The notes beneath the pieces were generated by a model that saw nothing but the letters and a program-made list of their open reading frames with translations, had not been told where the DNA came from and ran no database searches. The position numbers and the translations under genes are program-made. From Gemmatimonadota bacterium (GTDB lineage Bacteria > Latescibacterota > UBA2968 > UBA8231), in assembly GCA_038128265.1 (NCBI GenBank), contig JAYPJE010000027.1, positions 1 through 55,092 on the forward strand: DNA of 55,092 nt, written 5' to 3'. Shown piece by piece: positions 50,719 through 55,092 of this stretch (its first letter is position 1; each line of letters begins with the position of its first letter).

Positions 50719-53700
50719 TCAGGCCGAAGGGGCGATGTCCTGGCGTGCGGTGCGCGCGCGGGCCCAGGCGCCCAGATCCATGGCCAAGCTGAGAAAGGTG
50801 GGCACGAGAAAGAGGGTGAAGAGCGTCGACATCAGCAGGCCGCCGATAACGACGCTGCCTAAGCCGCGATAGAGCTCCGAGCCGGCGCCGGGAAAGACGA
50901 CCAGCGGCAGCATGCCGAGCGCGCTGGTAATGACCGACATAAAGATGGGACGCACGCGGCTGGCCACTGCGTCGCGGATGGCGTCCTTGACCGGCGTGTC
51001 GGGCGCCTCGCGCAGAATGTTGAGCGTTTGGTGCACGATGAGAATGGCGTTGTTGACCACCACGCCGATGAGAATGACAAAGCCGAGCATGGTCAGGATG
51101 TCGAGCGGCTGGTAGGTCAGCGCCATATTGACCACCTCGAGGCCCAAAATGCCGCCGGCCAGCGCCGGCGGCACGCTGAGCATAATGACGAGCGGGTAGA
51201 GAAAGCTCTCGAAGAGCGAGGCCATCAGCAGATAGGTTATGACCAGCGCCAGCAGGAAGTTCCACTGCAGCGCCTGGCGCGTGCGCTTGAGGTCGTCGGC
51301 CGAGCCCGACAGGCGGATGGCGTAGGGCGGCTGCAGCGCGCCCGAAGCGATGAGCGGATCGACGATCTGGGCCTGAATGTCGTCGAGGGCCGTTTCCAGC
51401 GGCAGCGTTTCGGGCGGAATGACCTGAATGCTGATGGTGCGGCTGCGCTCGCTGTGGTTAATCTGCTCGGGGCCGGTCGTCACTTCGACGCGCGCCACGC
51501 TGGAAAGCGGCACGAGCTGGCCGCGCGGCGTGTAGATGGGCAGCGCGGCAATGTCCTGGGTGCGGAACCAATCTTCGTCGCCGCGCAGCACCAGATCGAT
51601 TTCCTCGCCCAGATACTGATAGCCGTCGACGATGGCCCCGTCCATCAGCGCGTTGACGGCCACGCCGATATCGCGCGCCGACAGGCCTAGGTCGGCCGCG
51701 CGCACGCGGTCGGGTATAATGCGCACTTCTGGGTTGCCCAGGTCGAGGCTGGGAATGGGGCGGGCCTGCGCGTCGGGCACCACCTGGCGCACCTGGCCAA
51801 AGACGCGGCCGGCCAGGCCGATAAGCTGGCCCAGATCGGGGCCGGTGATCTCAATGTCGATAGCGCGGCTGCCGCCGCCCTGAAATAGGCTCGACTGCTG
51901 CACGATGGCAATGGTGCCGGGCACGCCGCCAAAGACGGGGCCCTGGATCACCGGTATGAGCTGCTTGACCTTGGTCGGATCGGTGGCGCGCGCGCCCATA
52001 AAGGCGCTGCGGCCAAAGGCGACAAAGAACATATTGTCGACCAGCACGTCGTCGAGCGCTTCGGCCTCCGGGCTATCCGGTGCCGCTTCCCAGCGCGGGC
52101 GCAGGGCGTCTTCGATGGTCTGACCTACCCCGACCAGCTCGTCGAGGTTGTAGCCGGGTGGGGGCAGCAGGATGCCAAAGACCAGGTTGCGGTTGCCCGT
52201 CGGCAAATACTCGGACTTGGGCAGCAGCGTCCAGGCAATGCCCAGCGAGACGCCGACCAGCACGACGACGACGCTCAGGCGCAGGGCGGTGCTGCCGCTG
52301 ATGCGGTAGACGCTGCCGGCGATCCCGTCGCGGACGCGGTTGCCCAGACTCTCAAGGGCACTGTCGCGCGGGGTGCGCACGCCGCCGAGAATTTTGTTGG
52401 CCAGGCTGGGAATAACGCTGACGGCGACGACGAGGCTGAGCACGACCGAGCAGGATACGGCAATGGCGATATCGCGGAAGAGCTGGCCGGCTTCGTCCTC
52501 GACAAAGACGATGGGCAGGAAGATGGCCACCGTCGTCAGCGTGCTGGCCAGCATGGCGCCCCACACCTCGCGGGCGCCGTCGAAAGCGGCCTGCGCGCGC
52601 GTCTTGCCCATCTGGCGGTGGCGAAAAATGTTCTCCAGCGCGACGATGGCGTTGTCGACGACCATGCCGATGGCAAAGCTCATGCCGGCCAGGCTGATGA
52701 CGTTGATATTGCGCCCCAGCAGGGCCATGGCCAAAAACGTGCCGACGATGGAAATGGGAATGGCGGTGACGATAATGGCCACGCTGCTGGCGCTGCGCAG
52801 AAAGACCAGCAGCACCGCGGTGGCCAGCAGGCCGCCGATGAGGATGTTGGAGCGCACCAGGCTGATGGCGCTTTCGATGTAGTCCGTCTCGTCGTAGACC
52901 TGGCGCAGGTAGAGCCCCTGGCGCGCCAGCGGCCCCTCGTTGAGCTCGTCGATAGTCTGGCGAATGCCCCCCATGACCTCGAGCACGTTGGCGCCCGTTT
53001 CGCGCGTGGCGTTGACGGCGATGGCCGGCTTGCCCTTCTGGCGCACGGCGGCCCCGGCGCGGGCGTAGCCCAGCTCGATGCGGGCGATGTCGCCGATGCG
53101 CACGCGCGATCCATCGGCGGCGCGCACGACTACGTCCTCCAGATCGGCCGGCTGCTTGTACTGGCCGACGGTGCGGACGATATAGCGGCGCTTGCCCTCG
53201 TCAAAGGCGCCGGCGCTGATGTTGGCGTTTTCGCGGGTGATAGCCGCCGCCATATCGGCTACGCTGAGCTGGCGCGCGGCCATGGCCTGCGGGTCGACAA
53301 TGACCTGCAGCTGGCGCTCGTAGCCGCCAAAGACGTTGCTCTGCGAGACGCCGGGCACGCGCTCGATGGCCGTCTCGATCACTTCTTCGGCGATGTGGCG
53401 GTAGAGCTCGACGTCCTTTTCGGGGCCGCCCGGCACGGAGTCGAGAATAAGCCAGGTGATGGCGCGCGTATTGGCGTTGCCGCCGGCCGAGAGCACCGGG
53501 CGCTCGGCGTCGAGCGGGTAGCCGGTGACCTGGTTGAGCTTGTTGGAGACCTTGAGCAGCACCGCGTCGGGATCGACGCCGACGTTAAACTCGAGGGCGA
53601 CGTTGCCGCGGCTGTCCTGGCTTTCGCTGGTCATTTTGACCAGCCCTTCGAGGCTCTTGAGCTGCTCTTCCTGGCGCTGGACGATTTCCTGCTCGATTTC

Positions 53701-53871
53701 CTCCGGGCTGGCGCCGGGCCAGAAGGTGGCCACGTTGACGATGGGGCGGTCGACGTCGGGCGTCAGCTGCACGGGAATGCGAAAGAGGGAAATCAGGCCA
53801 AAGAGGGCGATAAAGAGGACGCCGACGATGACGCTGACCGGGCGTTTGATGGCGGAGTCGACCAGCTGCAT
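50719..53871 (-). CDS. RND efflux transporter permease (AcrB/AcrD/AcrF family)
   Basis: IKRPV, PGASPEEIE, GMVVDNAIV.LENI, ASTLTTVAIFLP, MASLFES, RVRPIFMS; 1050 aa. Confidence 0.96.
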   Translation of the reverse strand: MQLVDSAIKRPVSVIVGVLFIALFGLISLFRIPVQLTPDVDRPIVNVATFWPGASPEEIEQEIVQRQEEQLKSLEGLVKMTSESQDSRGNVALEFNVGVDPDAVLLKVSNKLNQVTGYPLDAERPVLSAGGNANTRAITWLILDSVPGGPEKDVELYRHIAEEVIETAIERVPGVSQSNVFGGYERQLQVIVDPQAMAARQLSVADMAAAITRENANISAGAFDEGKRRYIVRTVGQYKQPADLEDVVVRAADGSRVRIGDIARIELGYARAGAAVRQKGKPAIAVNATRETGANVLEVMGGIRQTIDELNEGPLARQGLYLRQVYDETDYIESAISLVRSNILIGGLLATAVLLVFLRSASSVAIIVTAIPISIVGTFLAMALLGRNINVISLAGMSFAIGMVVDNAIVALENIFRHRQMGKTRAQAAFDGAREVWGAMLASTLTTVAIFLPIVFVEDEAGQLFRDIAIAVSCSVVLSLVVAVSVIPSLANKILGGVRTPRDSALESLGNRVRDGIAGSVYRISGSTALRLSVVVVLVGVSLGIAWTLLPKSEYLPTGNRNLVFGILLPPPGYNLDELVGVGQTIEDALRPRWEAAPDSPEAEALDDVLVDNMFFVAFGRSAFMGARATDPTKVKQLIPVIQGPVFGGVPGTIAIVQQSSLFQGGGSRAIDIEITGPDLGQLIGLAGRVFGQVRQVVPDAQARPIPSLDLGNPEVRIIPDRVRAADLGLSARDIGVAVNALMDGAIVDGYQYLGEEIDLVLRGDEDWFRTQDIAALPIYTPRGQLVPLSSVARVEVTTGPEQINHSERSRTISIQVIPPETLPLETALDDIQAQIVDPLIASGALQPPYAIRLSGSADDLKRTRQALQWNFLLALVITYLLMASLFESFLYPLVIMLSVPPALAGGILGLEVVNMALTYQPLDILTMLGFVILIGVVVNNAILIVHQTLNILREAPDTPVKDAIRDAVASRVRPIFMSVITSALGMLPLVVFPGAGSELYRGLGSVVIGGLLMSTLFTLFLVPTFLSLAMDLGAWARARTARQDIAPSA

Positions 53872-53882
53872 GGCGCGTCCTC

Positions 53883-54893
53883 CTACTGGTGCTTGCGCAG
53901 GACGCGCACGTCCTGGCCGTCGCGCAGGCGCTCGTTGCCGCGCACCACGGCCAGATCGCCGGCCTGCAGCTCGCCCTCGACGGCGACAAAGCCGTTGTAG
54001 GCCAGGCCGCTGCGCACGGGCCGGCTGACGGCCTTGCCCTCGACGGCGACAAAGACCACCTCGCCGGCGGCGCTGCGCACCAGCGCGTCTTTGTGGACGA
54101 GGGTGGCCTCGCCGGGCTGGCGCACGCTCAGGTGGACCTCGGCCGACATATTGCTGCGAATGCGGCCATCTGGGTTGTCTATTTCGACGGCGGCGGGGAA
54201 GGTGTGCGACTCGGCATAGCCTTCGGCGAGGACGGCGACGACGCGGCCGACAAAGGGCTCGCCGCCCAGCGCGGCAATGGAGACGGACGCCTCGGAGCCC
54301 AGTTTGAGCAGCGGCACGTGGCGCTCGGGCACGTTGACGTAGACGCGCACCGTGTCGGTTGAAACCAAGTGGGTTACCGACTGGCCGCGCCCGACCCAGG
54401 CGCCGATTTCGGTGAGCATCTGCACGATGTGGCCGGCAAAGGGCGCGCGGATGCGCAGATTGGATACCTGTGCATCCAAGCCGTCCAATTTGGCGCGGGC
54501 CCGGTTGAGCTCGTACTCGTCTTCGTGCACCGCCTGCTCCGAGGTGGCTTCTGTGTTGAGCAGTTCGACGCTGCGCGCGTAGTTGGCCTTGCGCAGGGCA
54601 AAGTCGGCGCGCGCCTCGGCCAGGGCGGCGCTGAGCGGTTCGTTGACCAGGTGGTAGAGCACCTCGCCGGCGCGCACGCGCTGACCGCTCTCCTTGAGGC
54701 GGTGCAGCACCAGGCCCTCGCTCTCGCTGGCCACCTGCGTCGTGCGCCGGGGCTGCACGCGCCCGACTAGGGCAATATCTTCCTGCAGCGCCTCGCGGCG
54801 CACTTCGGCGACGATGACGGGGGTGGCCTGTTGGGCCGGGGCCGCGCTAGCGGCGGCCAAAGAGAGGAAGAGCAGCCAGCGAATTGGGTGCAT
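53883..54893 (-). CDS. RND periplasmic adaptor (membrane fusion protein)
   Basis: Signal peptide, biotinyl-lipoyl halves, IRAPFAG, VNVPE, GELQAGD.AVVRG..RLRDG. Confidence 0.93.
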   Translation of the reverse strand: MHPIRWLLFLSLAAASAAPAQQATPVIVAEVRREALQEDIALVGRVQPRRTTQVASESEGLVLHRLKESGQRVRAGEVLYHLVNEPLSAALAEARADFALRKANYARSVELLNTEATSEQAVHEDEYELNRARAKLDGLDAQVSNLRIRAPFAGHIVQMLTEIGAWVGRGQSVTHLVSTDTVRVYVNVPERHVPLLKLGSEASVSIAALGGEPFVGRVVAVLAEGYAESHTFPAAVEIDNPDGRIRSNMSAEVHLSVRQPGEATLVHKDALVRSAAGEVVFVAVEGKAVSRPVRSGLAYNGFVAVEGELQAGDLAVVRGNERLRDGQDVRVLRKHQ

Positions 54894-54927
54894 GTAGAGG
54901 CTCCTGCAAAGGGGGTGTTAGCCTCTA

Positions 54928-54956
54928 AATGTAGGCGCTGCTCCGACAGCCGACAA
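54928..54956 (-). promoter_or_regulatory. Putative sigma70 promoter of the RND operon
   Basis: Minus strand TTGTCG-N17-TACATT. Confidence 0.5.
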
Positions 54957-54962
54957 TGGGCG

Positions 54963-55091
54963 CTAGGCGCCGCGCCGCCGGTAGATCACGTAGGAGCCGA
55001 CCAGCAGGCCGAGGGCGGCAAAGAGGATTTCGCCGCCAAAGGGCACCTCGACGGGCTCGATGGGGGCCTCGGGATCAAAGAGCGTATCGGT
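54963..55091 (-). CDS. C-terminal fragment of a protein ending in a sorting-signal-like tail (truncated by window edge)
   Basis: Translates ...TDTLFDPEAPIEPVEVPFGGEILFAALGLLVGSYVIYRRRGA*. Confidence 0.8.
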   Translation of the reverse strand, partial: TDTLFDPEAPIEPVEVPFGGEILFAALGLLVGSYVIYRRRGA

Positions 55092-55092
55092 G

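Noticed and set aside
52618..54000. 460-aa plus-strand ORF
   Set aside because: Antisense shadow of the RND permease caused by strong codon bias.

Overview
Bacterial chromosomal window with no tRNA, rRNA, CRISPR array or mobile element that I could recognise. The lineage is uncertain; gene content suggests a diderm FCB-related organism (inference). It opens with the end of the spc/alpha ribosomal cluster (rplO end, secY, rpmJ, rpsM, rpsK, rpsD, rpoA, rplQ) and rlmD. Next come two convergent hypothetical genes that look like highly divergent YcgR/PilZ-type proteins, one preceded by sigma28-like and sigma70-like promoters. A sigma54-like promoter precedes lon and a pseudo-receiver enhancer-binding protein, which converge on an atypical ClpX-like ATPase. 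A moxR-DUF58-batABCDE operon carries an embedded GldAFG-type ABC module whose GldG is internally duplicated. A minus-strand signalling island holds 3 histidine kinases, 4 similar receiver domains, GAF and HDOD outputs, no DNA-binding output, and two long FapA/DUF342 paralogues. The window ends with cysQ-polX-udk, a candidate Csr/Rsm-type sRNA, a ferredoxin-thioredoxin reductase catalytic subunit, an RND pump, and the end of a protein with a VPF-type C-terminal sorting signal. Best candidates for undescribed biology: the split-PilZ gene pair, the FapA-centred phosphorelay island, the ACAGGGACGU-hairpin sRNA and the Bat+Gld operon. All family calls come from reading motifs by eye, not from database searches.
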